Origin: Thermodesulfobacteriota bacterium
Lineage (GTDB): Bacteria; Desulfobacterota; Desulfobulbia; Desulfobulbales; SURF-16
Direction: 5' to 3'
Assembly (NCBI GenBank): GCA_040755455.1
Contig: JBFMAY010000010.1
Coordinates: 32,012-96,011 of the forward strand
DNA length: 64,000 bases
Shown here piece by piece: positions 19,240 to 30,244 of this stretch. The notes beneath the pieces are model-generated. The model saw only the letters and a list, made by a program, of their open reading frames with translations, was not told the DNA's origin and searched no databases. The first letter of the stretch is position 1; each line of letters starts with the position of its first letter. A program made the position numbers and the translations under genes.

Positions 19240-20025
19240 ATGAACAAGCAGCAGTCACCCAAATTCAAGGACTATACCAAGGCTTACTTCAGCCCTTCCT
19301 CCGAACTCTCCCCGGAAAAGCGCAATGAACTAATCCTGACCTATACTCCCCTGATCAAGTACATTGCCGGCCGCCTTGCCAGCCGCCTGCCATCACAGAT
19401 TTCTCTTGATGATCTTATCAGCTGCGGCATTATCGGTCTCATCGACGCCATTGATAAATTTGATATGAGCAAAAATGTCCAGTTCAAAACCTATGCGGAA
19501 TTCCGCATCAAAGGGGCAATGCTTGACGAACTTCGCTCGCTCGACTGGGTTCCCCGCTCAATCCGCCGGAAAATTACCGAGCTGGAGCAGACTTACTCGG
19601 TGCTGGAAAAAAAATTGGGACGCCCCGCCACCGATGAGGAGATGGCGCAGGAGTTAAAGATGACCCTGGCGAATTTCCATAAACTGCTGGACGAGACCAA
19701 ATCCATTACCTTTCTGGACATAGAGCTTCTCCGCCAGAAAAACACCGACAGCAAGTTGTCCGACACCCTGTCCGAGCCGTTCTCCGGGATCGAATCCGAT
19801 CCTTTTTCCGCCATCAACATCGCCCAGGTCAGGGATCTGGTGGCCAAGGCCATCGATGAGCTGCCGGAAAAGGAACGATTAACCGTATCCCTTTACTATT
19901 ATAATGAGCTGACCATGAAGGAAATAGGCCAGGTCCTCGGCTATACCGAGTCACGCATCTCGCAAATGCACAGCAAGGCCATGCTGCGTCTGCGGACAAA
20001 ACTAAAAAAAGCACTTGCCAGTTGA
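19240..20025 (+). CDS. fliA: RNA polymerase sigma-28 factor FliA
   Basis: RIKGAMLDELRSLDWVPRS, TESRISQMH. Confidence 0.95.
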   Translation: MNKQQSPKFKDYTKAYFSPSSELSPEKRNELILTYTPLIKYIAGRLASRLPSQISLDDLISCGIIGLIDAIDKFDMSKNVQFKTYAEFRIKGAMLDELRSLDWVPRSIRRKITELEQTYSVLEKKLGRPATDEEMAQELKMTLANFHKLLDETKSITFLDIELLRQKNTDSKLSDTLSEPFSGIESDPFSAINIAQVRDLVAKAIDELPEKERLTVSLYYYNELTMKEIGQVLGYTESRISQMHSKAMLRLRTKLKKALAS

Positions 20026-20193
20026 TGCAAACTTTACGTAACCTATAAAATCATATATTTTTGGTTGTGATTATTTTTCACGAAATCCACTTTGTTCTGC
20101 GATATCAAGTGGAATTTATTTGTTTTTGCCCGTTATCCTGATAATATTTAAAAACAATACAATGCAGCCTATATTTCCTCAGAGGTGTATGAT

Positions 20194-20574
20194 ATGGCAG
20201 ATACCAATATAAAAGTCCTTGTTGTTGATGATTTTGCCACCATGCGGAGAATTGTCAAAAACATTCTGGTGCAGCTCGGCTATAAAAACATCGTCGAGGC
20301 TGATGACGGCACATCCGCAATGGATGTCCTCAAGAGCGAAAAGGTGGACATGATTATTTCCGACTGGAACATGCCCAAGATGACAGGTCTCGACCTGCTC
20401 AAACATGTGCGGGGTGATGCCAAGCTGGCCAACATCCCCTTTATCATGGTTACAGCCGAGGCGCAGCAGGACAACATCATTCTTGCCGTCAAGGCCAAGG
20501 TGAGCCAGTATATCGTCAAACCCTTCACCGCTGAAACGCTTGGCGAAAAAATCGACAAGGTTTTCGGCAAATAG
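20194..20574 (+). CDS. cheY: Chemotaxis response regulator CheY
   Basis: VVDDFATMRRIV, DWNMP, VTAEA, YIVKPF. Confidence 0.93.
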   Translation: MADTNIKVLVVDDFATMRRIVKNILVQLGYKNIVEADDGTSAMDVLKSEKVDMIISDWNMPKMTGLDLLKHVRGDAKLANIPFIMVTAEAQQDNIILAVKAKVSQYIVKPFTAETLGEKIDKVFGK

Positions 20575-20661
20575 TCGCCAGGGAGGATGCTTCCACTGCC
20601 GACCAGCGAAATACCATGCCGGCGCGTTGTGTTGCAACCTGTTGCGTTACCTTCATAAAAA

Positions 20662-21576
20662 ATGGCAAAAAACTCTGATTCAAAAGATTTATTTGATTTT
20701 GAACTACCGGAAGGACTGGACGATGACTTAGGAGGTGACTGGGAATCGGCTTTTCAGGCAGAGGATTTCATGCTCAGCCCGGAGGATGAAGCCGAAGTTT
20801 TCTTGGATAAAGAGGCTGAACCCGGCAGTGAAGACCTTGACCTGGCCTCGCTGCTGGCAAGCGATGATTCACTGCCGAAACATGCAACCCCTCCCCCTCC
20901 GGCGGCAACCGCCGCTGGTGAAATACCCGCAGAGCAAAACAAAAAAACCGTCGGGCTGACCTCTTTTCTTCCAGCAGCTCTCATTGCCATCCTGGCCAGA
21001 TATACCGGCTGGTTTCAAGCGCGGCCATTTTATCAGAAAATTCTTTTACCAGGCTTTGTGGTCGGCTCGGTTCTCTGCCTTTGCGCCGTTGTCTTTTTCC
21101 GCTCCACCGGTCAGCAACTGGCCGAGCAGCAATCCCCTGCTCCCGCGCCGCCTCTTGCAACAACGGCACCTGCCGACCAGCAAGCTCAGTCTGATCTTGC
21201 TGCTCTCTCTTCGCCCCAGCCGTCTTTCCAGCAAGCCGATACACCCGCAGCCCCCGGCAAAAACCGAAAGAAATGGCCGATGCCAGCTTTTTTCATCGCT
21301 GTCCAGCAAAAAGACAACTCGGAGAGTCTCCTGGTCAGAATTGATTTGAACCTAGTGCTTCTTCTTGATCCTGGCAGCAACATTCCCGAAGAAAAACGAG
21401 CTTTTGTCCGGGACACAATTTTTCAGTTCTTTGCCAACCGCCCACCCGAAGAGTTGCGCCGCTATTCTCTTGCCAGAGGTGAGATGATCCGCAATCTTGA
21501 CGCTTGGCTGCAAAAGGAATGGCCGCAAAATCCCATTGCCTCCATCATGTTTGATCGTTACCAGGTCCTTAATTAA
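20662..21576 (+). CDS. FliL-like protein with a long acidic N-terminal extension
   Basis: Asp/Glu-rich N-terminus, TM, Pro/Gln linker, FliL-like C-terminal domain (VRIDLNLV, VRDTIFQFF, SIMFDRYQV). Confidence 0.6.
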   Translation: MAKNSDSKDLFDFELPEGLDDDLGGDWESAFQAEDFMLSPEDEAEVFLDKEAEPGSEDLDLASLLASDDSLPKHATPPPPAATAAGEIPAEQNKKTVGLTSFLPAALIAILARYTGWFQARPFYQKILLPGFVVGSVLCLCAVVFFRSTGQQLAEQQSPAPAPPLATTAPADQQAQSDLAALSSPQPSFQQADTPAAPGKNRKKWPMPAFFIAVQQKDNSESLLVRIDLNLVLLLDPGSNIPEEKRAFVRDTIFQFFANRPPEELRRYSLARGEMIRNLDAWLQKEWPQNPIASIMFDRYQVLN

Positions 21577-21609
21577 TCACCTGCCCTGCAATAATACAAT
21601 CCTGTAAAC

Positions 21610-21651
21610 TTTTCTAAATTTTATTACAATTATGTAATAAAATTTAGAAAA
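21610..21651. repeat. Perfect 19-bp inverted repeat upstream of the amtB promoter
   Basis: TTTTCTAAATTTTATTACA-ATTA-TGTAATAAAATTTAGAAAA. Confidence 0.9.
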
Positions 21652-21708
21652 CATTCCCAACCACCTTTTTTTCCACCACAAAATCAACAAGATATCCTCA
21701 CAAGCGTC

Positions 21709-21724
21709 TGGCACGGTGCTTGCT
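21709..21724 (+). promoter_or_regulatory. sigma54 promoter of amtB
   Basis: TGGCACGGTGCTTGCT consensus -24/-12; IHF-like AATCAACAAGATA at 21682-21694. Confidence 0.85.
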
Positions 21725-21790
21725 GGGGTGCATGAAAAGCTTTCGCCACCTTTGCCCACAACGAGATTTTCACAGGGAGGAACCACAGAA

Positions 21791-23017
21791 ATGATCTCCG
21801 GCGCCGATACCGCTTTTATCCTTGTTTCCGCAGCACTGGTCCTGCTGATGACCCCGGGACTGGCTATTTTCTATGCCGGCATGGTGCGCGGCAAAAACGT
21901 CCTTGCCACTATACTGCAATCTTTTGTTATGATTTCGGTCGTCAGCATCGAATGGGTTTACATCGGTTACAGCATGGCCTTTGGCCCCGACATAGCGGGA
22001 CTTATCGGCGATCTGACTTTTTTCTCCCTAAAGGGAGTAACCAGCGCCCCAAGCGACTTTTACGCCACGACAATCCCCCAGAATGTGTTCATGATCTATC
22101 AGTGCATGTTTGCCGTCATCACCCCGGCGCTGATCACCGGCGCCTTTGCCGAACGCATGCGCTTCGGCCCCTTTCTCATCTTCAGCCTGGCCTGGACCAT
22201 CTTGGTGTACAACCCGGTCTGCCACTGGGTTTGGGGAAATGGCGGCTGGCTCGCCGCCAGAGGCGTTCTTGATTTTGCCGGCGGACTGGTGGTGCATTTG
22301 ACATCCGGCATGGCCGCCCTGGCGTCGGTTCTGGTTCTTGGCCCCCGCAAAGGGCTTGGCCGCGAAAGCCTCATGCCCCACAGCCTGCCCATGACCCTGC
22401 TCGGGACCGGCTTGCTCTGGTTCGGCTGGTTCGGCTTTAACGGCGGCAGCGCTTTGGCGGCCAACGGCATTGCCGCGACCGCTTTTATCTCCACCCATCT
22501 TGCCGGCATGGCCGGCATGGGGATGTGGCTGCTGGTCGAGTGGCTGCACCGGAAAAAACCGACAACTCTCGGCGCCGCCTCAGGGGCCATTGCCGGCCTT
22601 GCCACTGTAACCCCCGGCGCCGGATTTATCACTCCCAATTCCGCCATCATCATCGGCATTATTGCAGGCTTTTCCTGCTATCTGGCCGTCAACCTGAAAA
22701 ACAGAATCGGTTTTGATGACAGCCTGGACGTTGTCGGCATCCACGGCCTGGGCGGCATAATCGGCACAATCTGCCTCGGCCTTTTTGCCACCAAGACCGC
22801 CAACCCCAATGGCGCCGACGGCCTTTTTGCCGGCAATGCGGCATTTCTGGCCACCCAGCTATTCGGAGTGGCGGTGGTGGGCACGTACGCCTTTGTTGTC
22901 AGCCTTATCCTGCTCAAAATCACCGGCATCATTACCGGCGGCCTCAGGGTAAGCCATGAAAATGAGGTCCTGGGCCTGGACCAGAGCGCCCACAGTGAAA
23001 CAGCTTATAACATGTAA
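21791..23017 (+). CDS. amtB: Ammonium transporter
   Basis: MTPGLAIFYAG, DFAGGLVVH, WFGWFGFNGGS, DDSLDVVGIHG; GGAGG RBS before ATG 21791. Confidence 0.96.
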   Translation: MISGADTAFILVSAALVLLMTPGLAIFYAGMVRGKNVLATILQSFVMISVVSIEWVYIGYSMAFGPDIAGLIGDLTFFSLKGVTSAPSDFYATTIPQNVFMIYQCMFAVITPALITGAFAERMRFGPFLIFSLAWTILVYNPVCHWVWGNGGWLAARGVLDFAGGLVVHLTSGMAALASVLVLGPRKGLGRESLMPHSLPMTLLGTGLLWFGWFGFNGGSALAANGIAATAFISTHLAGMAGMGMWLLVEWLHRKKPTTLGAASGAIAGLATVTPGAGFITPNSAIIIGIIAGFSCYLAVNLKNRIGFDDSLDVVGIHGLGGIIGTICLGLFATKTANPNGADGLFAGNAAFLATQLFGVAVVGTYAFVVSLILLKITGIITGGLRVSHENEVLGLDQSAHSETAYNM

Positions 23018-23102
23018 TGAGCACGGAGCCAAAAAATTACTTAGAGCAAAGCGTTCTTTGCGGTAAAGTGAAAATTTATTGTAAAAAACCCGCAAAGAAT
23101 AA

Positions 23103-23465
<363 letters not shown>

Positions 23466-25991
23466 ATGGTGACGGAACTGCGCGCCAGACGTGATGCCCT
23501 GGAGACATTATGGCGCCAAGGCTTAAGCGGGCATGCCCTGCTTGAAAAGCACACCAGCCTGATGGATGCGGCCCTTGCAGAGTATTTCCGGCAGAGCGGG
23601 GCAGACCCGGAAAACATGTGCCTGGTTGCCCTGGGTGGTTACGGCAGGAAAGAACTTTTCCCCTACTCGGATATCGATCTCATGCTGCTCTATCATCCGG
23701 GCGTGGAAAAACAGCTCAACGATGTTGCGGAAGCCATATTTTATCCGCTTTGGGATGCCGGCCTGGAAGTCGGGCATGGGGTAAGAACACCCGCCACATG
23801 CATCGAACAGGCCGGCAAAGATTTTTTTCTCCAGGTCTCCCTGCTCGATGCAAGGCCTGTTGCCGGCTCCCCGGATCTTTTTGCCGATCTGCTTGCGGAT
23901 TTCCAAAAAACATTCGTGGTGGGCCAGCGCAAAACTTTTTTGCAGGGCATGCTTTTCCATCGACGGAAACGCCATGAGCGCTTCGGCAACCACAGCTACC
24001 TGCTTGAGCCGCATATCAAGGAGAGCCGCGGTGGATTCCGCGATATCCAGGCCATGCTCTGGTCGGCCCAGGTACTGTTCAACCTCAAACATCCCCAAGA
24101 TCTGGAGAGGGCCGGCCTGATATCTCCAGAAGAGCTGCAGACATTTGCAAAGGCCAGCGACACCCTTGTCAAAATAAGAAACCGCCTCCATTACATCAGC
24201 GGCCGCAAAAACGACCAGCTTTTTTTTGAACACCAGGAGGAAATGGCCAAGGCCTTTGGCTACAAAGATGAGCAGGGCATGCTCGGAGTCGAGCGTTTCA
24301 TGCGCGACATCCATGACCAGCTGCAGACAATCGCCCTGACCACAGACCTTTTTTTCGAGCATGCCATCGAGGTTCTTGGACTTGCCGAGGCTGGCAAGCA
24401 GCCGCAGGACAAGGAACTGGAAAAAGGTATCACCCTTCGCCAGGGACGTATCCATCTGACAGACATCTCCCTGGCAGCCAAACGCCCTTACTTACTCATG
24501 CGTGTCTTTGCCCAGGTTGCCCAGACAGGCAACCCCCTGCACCACCGCACAAAAAAACTCATCAGCGGCCATCTCCAACTTGTTAATGAAAGATCGCGTC
24601 ATTCCAAAAGGATGAACAAGGCCTTTCTGGAAACCATCCAGGGATCAAACCCGCTGCCGGCCCTTACTGACATGCTGGAAACCGGCCTGCTTTCCGCCTA
24701 TATCCCTGAGTTTCTTCACCTGAAATCCCTGGCCCAGCATGACATCTATCATGTTTTCACCGTCGACCGCCATCTGTTGCAAACAGTCGAGGAAATCAAT
24801 CAACTCCGCGCTCTGGAACACACGCTTTTTATCACTGTCCCTTCACCGTATATACTTTTTCTTGCCGCCCTGCTGCATGACATCGGCAAAGGGTACGGGA
24901 AAAACCATGCTGAATACGGCGCTGAACTGGCAAGCGATATCGGCAAACGGCTGAGAATGGCTGAGGCTGACATTAAATGCCTCACTTTCCTGATCCGCGA
25001 GCATCTTTTTTTAGCGGAAATCGCCCAACGCCGGGATCTGGAAGATGAGGCGCTCATTGTCCGTTGCGCCAAGCAGCTCAATGACCCGGATCGGCTTACC
25101 ATGCTTTACCTGCTGACCATCGCCGACGCGAAAGCAACAGGCCCCTCTGCCTGGTCGGATTGGAAGGCCGCGCTGCTGCAGGAACTCTACCTAAAGGTGA
25201 CGAGCGCTTTGAGTCGCGAAGACCTCACCCTGCCTGATCCGCGCCAGGAGATTGCCTGGATGCGAGGGCAGGTTTCCGCCCTGCTGGGCGACAGCCCAAC
25301 CGTTCCCTTGAAAATCCTGCCGGACGATTATCTGCTCGGCAACTCTCCAGATGCGGTTGTCACCCATATTCGCCTGCATGAAGAGCTGAAGCAACACGAG
25401 GTGATCGTCAAACCGAGCCAGGAAAAAGGCCACTGGTCTATCCTGATAATGGCCCAGGACCGACCGGGAATCTTAAGCAAAATCTGCGGGGTGATGGCCC
25501 TGCACAATCTTAAAGTTCTTGCCGCGCAGATTTACACCTGGGTTGATGGCACGATTGTTGATATACTACATGTTACATCGACCCTGGACAATCAATTCGA
25601 GGACCAGAACTGGCAAGCGCTGGAGGATGACTTGGGCCAAGCGATCCATTTCAGGATCGGACTCACCCATCGCCTTCACAAAAAACTGACCTCCCTGGGC
25701 GCCGCTCCCGTGCAAATGGGCCAGCGGCCGCCGGCAAAGGTGGTCATAGATCCTGACGCCTCTGACAATTTCACGGTTATTGAAGTATATGCCGTGAACA
25801 GGCCAGGCCTGCTTTACGATATTACGCGCACCCTGTCTGATTTCGGCATCAACACCTTCCGAGCCAAAATCGGCACCAAGGCAGACCAGGTCGTGGATGT
25901 CTTTTATGTGCTGGATCACCAGGGCCTTAAGATCGAGGATCCGGCCTTTAAGCATGAAATAAAAAACGGTCTGCTTCATGCTGCCGCATGA
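23466..25991 (+). CDS. glnD: [PII] uridylyltransferase/uridylyl-removing enzyme
   Basis: ALGGYGR..SDIDL nucleotidyltransferase, LEPHIKES.GG.RD, HD domain (FTVDRH, LLHDIGKG), two ACT domains (DRPG, NRPG). Confidence 0.95.
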   Translation: MVTELRARRDALETLWRQGLSGHALLEKHTSLMDAALAEYFRQSGADPENMCLVALGGYGRKELFPYSDIDLMLLYHPGVEKQLNDVAEAIFYPLWDAGLEVGHGVRTPATCIEQAGKDFFLQVSLLDARPVAGSPDLFADLLADFQKTFVVGQRKTFLQGMLFHRRKRHERFGNHSYLLEPHIKESRGGFRDIQAMLWSAQVLFNLKHPQDLERAGLISPEELQTFAKASDTLVKIRNRLHYISGRKNDQLFFEHQEEMAKAFGYKDEQGMLGVERFMRDIHDQLQTIALTTDLFFEHAIEVLGLAEAGKQPQDKELEKGITLRQGRIHLTDISLAAKRPYLLMRVFAQVAQTGNPLHHRTKKLISGHLQLVNERSRHSKRMNKAFLETIQGSNPLPALTDMLETGLLSAYIPEFLHLKSLAQHDIYHVFTVDRHLLQTVEEINQLRALEHTLFITVPSPYILFLAALLHDIGKGYGKNHAEYGAELASDIGKRLRMAEADIKCLTFLIREHLFLAEIAQRRDLEDEALIVRCAKQLNDPDRLTMLYLLTIADAKATGPSAWSDWKAALLQELYLKVTSALSREDLTLPDPRQEIAWMRGQVSALLGDSPTVPLKILPDDYLLGNSPDAVVTHIRLHEELKQHEVIVKPSQEKGHWSILIMAQDRPGILSKICGVMALHNLKVLAAQIYTWVDGTIVDILHVTSTLDNQFEDQNWQALEDDLGQAIHFRIGLTHRLHKKLTSLGAAPVQMGQRPPAKVVIDPDASDNFTVIEVYAVNRPGLLYDITRTLSDFGINTFRAKIGTKADQVVDVFYVLDHQGLKIEDPAFKHEIKNGLLHAAA

Positions 25992-26026
25992 CGCTTTTGC
26001 TAAAATTTATACATTTTCGTGTTGTA

Positions 26027-26044
26027 TATTACAATATTGTAATA
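26027..26044. promoter_or_regulatory. Perfect palindrome upstream of glnA, candidate operator
   Basis: TATTACAATATTGTAATA, same core as the amtB repeat. Confidence 0.65.
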
Positions 26045-26302
26045 AATAAAAAAACTTGCCTCCCGTGGCAGAATATGGAATTAAGCCCTATTCAATAACG
26101 TGAGGCAGCGGAGAGCCCCTGCCATTTTAAAAACAAGGCGTAGACTTGAGGCTTTGCGCGAGGCGTGTGTATTGACCACCATGAGTCGAGAAAGGCCCCA
26201 GACAAAGACATCAGAACTTGCCAAGCAAACATCCTGAAAACATGAATATTCCCGGCAGAGGGGATCATAATTCAGCAATCATTATGCAAGGAGAAAACAA
26301 CA

Positions 26303-28441
26303 ATGTGTATCGAATGTAAAAACGGAAGCCGCCCTGATCTAAATTTACACAACCTTAACGTGCCGGGCCTTTTCGCCTCCAATGTCTTCAGCGAAAAGAT
26401 CATGAAAGAGCGACTGCCCAAGGAAACCTACAAGGCGCTGCGGCAAACGATCGAAATGGGAGTTGGCCTGAAACCGGAAATCGCCGCCGTGGTCGCCAAT
26501 GCCATGAAGGATTGGGCCATCGAGAAAGGCGCCACCCACTATACTCACTGGTTTCAACCGCTTACCGGCTCAACCGCTGAAAAACATGATTCCTTTATTG
26601 CCCCGACGGCGGATGGCAGTGTGATCATGGAGTTCTCCGGCAAACAGCTCATTCAGGGCGAACCGGACGCCTCATCTTTTCCCAGCGGCGGCCTGCGCGC
26701 CACCTTTGAGGCGCGCGGCTACACCGCCTGGGACTGCACCTCGCCGGCCTTCCTCAAGGAAGACGCCGCCGGCAACGTCACTCTGTGTATTCCAACCGCC
26801 TTCTGCTCCTATAAAGGCGAGGCCCTGGACAAAAAAACCCCGCTGCTCCGGTCCATGGCCGCTGTATCCGCCCAGGCCCTGCGGGTTCTTCGGGCGCTCG
26901 GCAACACCACCTCCATACGAGTCACCTCCACCGTTGGTGCCGAGCAGGAGTATTTCCTGGTGGAAAAGGAATACTTCCTGAAACGCCTTGATCTCCTTAC
27001 CTGCGGCAGAACACTTTTCGGCGCCCCCGCTCCCAAGGGCCAGGAACTTGAAGACCAGTATTTCGGCGCCATCAAGGATCGCGTTTCCGCCTTCATGAAG
27101 GATCTTGACATTGAACTGTGGAAAATGGGCATCACCTCCAAAACCAAACACAACGAGGTTGCCCCGGCCCAGTATGAGATGGCTCCTGTTTTCGCCACCA
27201 CCAACATCGCCGCCGATCACAATCAACTGGTCATGGAAACCATGCAGAAGGTGGCCCTGCGGCACGGCATGGTCTGCCTGCTGCACGAAAAACCATACGC
27301 AGGGGTCAACGGTTCCGGCAAGCACAACAACTGGTCACTGAGCACCGATGACGGCATCAACCTGCTTGATCCAGGCACCACCCCTGAGGACAATGCCCAG
27401 TTTCTCGTTTTCCTCTGCGCCCTGCTGAAAGCCGTGGATACCCATGCCGACATCATGCGCGGCACCTGCGGCAGTTCCGGCAACGATCACCGCTTAGGTG
27501 CCAACGAGGCGCCGCCGGCCATTATTTCCGTATTCCTCGGCGATGAGCTCTCCGACATCCTCCTCAATCTGGCGAAAGGTGAGAAAGCCCCTAAAAAAGG
27601 AGATGCATTCCTGAAGATCGGCGTTGACTCACTGCCCGAGCTGCCAAAGGACAACACCGACCGCAATCGCACCTCCCCCTTTGCCTTTACCGGCAACAAA
27701 TTTGAATTCCGCATGGTCGGCTCCTCCCAGTCGATTTCCGGCCCCAATGTGGCGCTGAACAGCATCGCCGCTGAGGCGCTTGACGAGATCGCCACCCGTC
27801 TTGAGAAGGCCAAGGACGTTAACACCGAAATTCTCAATATCATCAAAGACACCGTAAAGGGCCATGAGAGGATCATCTTCAACGGCAACAACTACAGCCA
27901 GGAGTGGGAGAAAGAGGCTGAGAAAAGGGGCCTTCCCAACACCAAGACCACGGTTGACGCCCTGAAATCCTTTGTCACCCCCAAGGCCATCAAGCTGTTT
28001 GCCAAATACAATGTCCTCAGCAAGGAAGAGCTGCACTCCCGTTACGACATCTACACCGAACAGTTCTCAAAACACATCAATATCGAGGCGCAGACCGCCA
28101 TGCAGATGGTGCGCAGACTGTATTTCCCGGCTGCGATCCGCTACATGACGGAGCTCGGCAACTCCATGGCAGTGGCGGGCAAATCAGCCTCCGTGCAGAA
28201 GGAGCTGCAGGAAACCATCGGCAATCTGCTTGCCTCGGCAAACAAGAAACTCAAAAAACTCGAAGAAGAAACAGCCAAAGCTCAAGCCATTGACAAGGTG
28301 GAGAAACAGGCCGTTGCCTTCCGCGACAAGGTGAGGTCCAGCATGAACGAACTGCGTGCCGACATTGACGCAATCGAGGTGCTGATGCCCAGCGATCTCT
28401 GGCCCGTGCCGGTTTACAGCGATATGCTGTTTAAACTTTAG
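26303..28441 (+). CDS. glnA: Glutamine synthetase type III
   Basis: [59 protein letters not shown]; 712 aa. Confidence 0.96.
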   Translation: MCIECKNGSRPDLNLHNLNVPGLFASNVFSEKIMKERLPKETYKALRQTIEMGVGLKPEIAAVVANAMKDWAIEKGATHYTHWFQPLTGSTAEKHDSFIAPTADGSVIMEFSGKQLIQGEPDASSFPSGGLRATFEARGYTAWDCTSPAFLKEDAAGNVTLCIPTAFCSYKGEALDKKTPLLRSMAAVSAQALRVLRALGNTTSIRVTSTVGAEQEYFLVEKEYFLKRLDLLTCGRTLFGAPAPKGQELEDQYFGAIKDRVSAFMKDLDIELWKMGITSKTKHNEVAPAQYEMAPVFATTNIAADHNQLVMETMQKVALRHGMVCLLHEKPYAGVNGSGKHNNWSLSTDDGINLLDPGTTPEDNAQFLVFLCALLKAVDTHADIMRGTCGSSGNDHRLGANEAPPAIISVFLGDELSDILLNLAKGEKAPKKGDAFLKIGVDSLPELPKDNTDRNRTSPFAFTGNKFEFRMVGSSQSISGPNVALNSIAAEALDEIATRLEKAKDVNTEILNIIKDTVKGHERIIFNGNNYSQEWEKEAEKRGLPNTKTTVDALKSFVTPKAIKLFAKYNVLSKEELHSRYDIYTEQFSKHINIEAQTAMQMVRRLYFPAAIRYMTELGNSMAVAGKSASVQKELQETIGNLLASANKKLKKLEEETAKAQAIDKVEKQAVAFRDKVRSSMNELRADIDAIEVLMPSDLWPVPVYSDMLFKL

Positions 28442-28458
28442 CCAGCAGAAAGAAATCG

Positions 28459-28517
28459 CGGCAGCAGAGGGGAAAGACCGACAGCCCCCATCTGCTGCCG
28501 GCCAAGCTTTTCGTTTT
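28459..28517 (+). terminator. Hairpin/terminator after glnA
   Basis: CGGCAGCAGA GGGG...CCCC A TCTGCTGCCG followed by a T-rich tract. Confidence 0.55.
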
Positions 28518-28619
28518 CCCCAGCCTGCCGGCACCTGGCAGCAAAGCATGGATCTGGCCCGGGATTCGTTCAGAATCCCGGGCCTCTATTCCCTTCACTC
28601 ATCCCATTCGCTCAATCAT

Positions 28620-29462
28620 ATGCTTCTCAACACCTTCATCCACATACCGGGCATAGGAGAAAAAACCGAAAAACAGATCTGGCAATCCGGCATTCATACC
28701 TGGGATCAATGGCACCCTCCCTTTCCGGCCAACCTGCCGCAGGCAAAAATCAAGCTCATCACTTTCCACCTGCAACAGTATCTTGAGCAGCAGGACGGCT
28801 CAGCCGCATTTTACGCAAAAATCCTGCAACCAATGCACCACTGGCGGCTTTTCCCGCATTTTCGAGAAAGAACGGCCTTTCTTGATATCGAAACAAACGG
28901 CATGGGTTTGGACCAGTGTGAAATCACCACCATTGCCCTTTACGATGGCCACGCCATCCGCACCTATATACAGGGCCGCAATCTGGAACAATTTACCAGG
29001 GATATCGACGATTATGAGATTATTGTCACCTATAACGGCAAAAACTTTGATGTGCCGGTGATTGAATCATGCCTGCACACTCGGCTCAACCAGGTGCATA
29101 TTGATTTACGCCACATTCTGGCCAGGCTCGGATACAGGGGAGGACTGAAAGGCTGCGAACGACAGATGGGGATCAACAGGATGGAACTGGACGGAGTTGA
29201 CGGATACTGGGCCGTGCTTCTCTGGCGGGAATTTGCCTGCCGCGGCAACGACAAAGCGCTGCAAACCCTGCTGGCCTACAATATTGCCGATGCCGTCAAC
29301 CTGGAACCCCTGCTGGTCCATGCCTATAATTTGCACATCGCCTCCACGCCCTTTGCCCTCAGCAACTACATTCCGCCGCCGGAGAGTCCTGCTCCGCCCT
29401 TTCATGCGGACCAGGAGATCATCACGCAAATCAGGAGGATGTTGCGCTTCCACTACAAATAG
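28620..29462 (+). CDS. YprB-like RNase H-fold (DEDD) exonuclease
   Basis: IPGIG helix-hairpin, FLDIET, TYNGKNFD, HIDL, GGLK, YNIAD. Confidence 0.85.
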   Translation: MLLNTFIHIPGIGEKTEKQIWQSGIHTWDQWHPPFPANLPQAKIKLITFHLQQYLEQQDGSAAFYAKILQPMHHWRLFPHFRERTAFLDIETNGMGLDQCEITTIALYDGHAIRTYIQGRNLEQFTRDIDDYEIIVTYNGKNFDVPVIESCLHTRLNQVHIDLRHILARLGYRGGLKGCERQMGINRMELDGVDGYWAVLLWREFACRGNDKALQTLLAYNIADAVNLEPLLVHAYNLHIASTPFALSNYIPPPESPAPPFHADQEIITQIRRMLRFHYK

Positions 29463-29917
29463 ATAATGATGACCCCGCTTCTTTCCCGTTGCCCATTTTC
29501 CCATACATAGTTTCTGATTTCCTGATCAGTCTTCATTGCCTTTGCCATCCGTTCCACCAGGTCACGAAGAACAGGGAAACCTTGGGAATGAATACCCTTG
29601 CCAGTGATGACGGCAACCGTCCTTAACCCTTTTCCCCTGGCTGTCATGAGAAAATTCGTTACTTTACCTTCGGCCTCGAGCCCAGTTAAGCCATGCAGAT
29701 CCAAGTACTCCTGCGGAGGCGGACAAATCATTCTTTTGGCGGGTTGCCCTTCCCGTTGACTGTCCATCATCGCCAACGCGTCCCCGTCAAAAGATGAGGG
29801 ATCAAACATTTCGGCAAATGACTGCTGTTCCATTTGCTGCAAATTACTGTCAAAATGAAAATCATCATCCGTTAGCAGCGGCAGACCGCTCTTGTGCCTT
29901 GTTATCTTCTTTTTCAT
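29453..29917 (-). CDS. Smr domain protein
   Basis: LDLHGL, VITGKGIHS, SGVIIIYL. Confidence 0.85.
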   Translation of the reverse strand: MKKKITRHKSGLPLLTDDDFHFDSNLQQMEQQSFAEMFDPSSFDGDALAMMDSQREGQPAKRMICPPPQEYLDLHGLTGLEAEGKVTNFLMTARGKGLRTVAVITGKGIHSQGFPVLRDLVERMAKAMKTDQEIRNYVWENGQRERSGVIIIYL

Positions 29918-30244
29918 GCCTGATCCGTGTGCCGGGGCAATAGCGTTTGTCGCCGGCAAAAGATTTACTGCTGAAGTGAACTCTTCACCTGCCTCTTTAT
30001 AACCGCCAACTCAACTTGTTCGCTCAATAATTTAACTGGCAGGGCGATTTGCGCAAATTGTGCCGGGGAAATACCCGGTAGGCCATCGGTCAGATCATGT
30101 GCCACAAGTCCAGGGAAATTCCACTGTTTACGGAAGGGAAAAAAATTTAACAAGGAAAAGACAGAGCGGATACAAGGCTGTTAACATCAGGCAAAGATCA
30201 CTCGCCCGGACACTTTAACAACCTGGAGAAAAAAACAACAGGGC

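Noticed and set aside
20065..20084. Rex- or CRP-like site upstream of cheY
   Set aside because: GTGA-N7-TCAC spacing is one base off the N6 consensus.
26095..26220. Canonical glnA glutamine riboswitch
   Set aside because: The conserved CGUU...GGAAGUA...AACG elements were not found.
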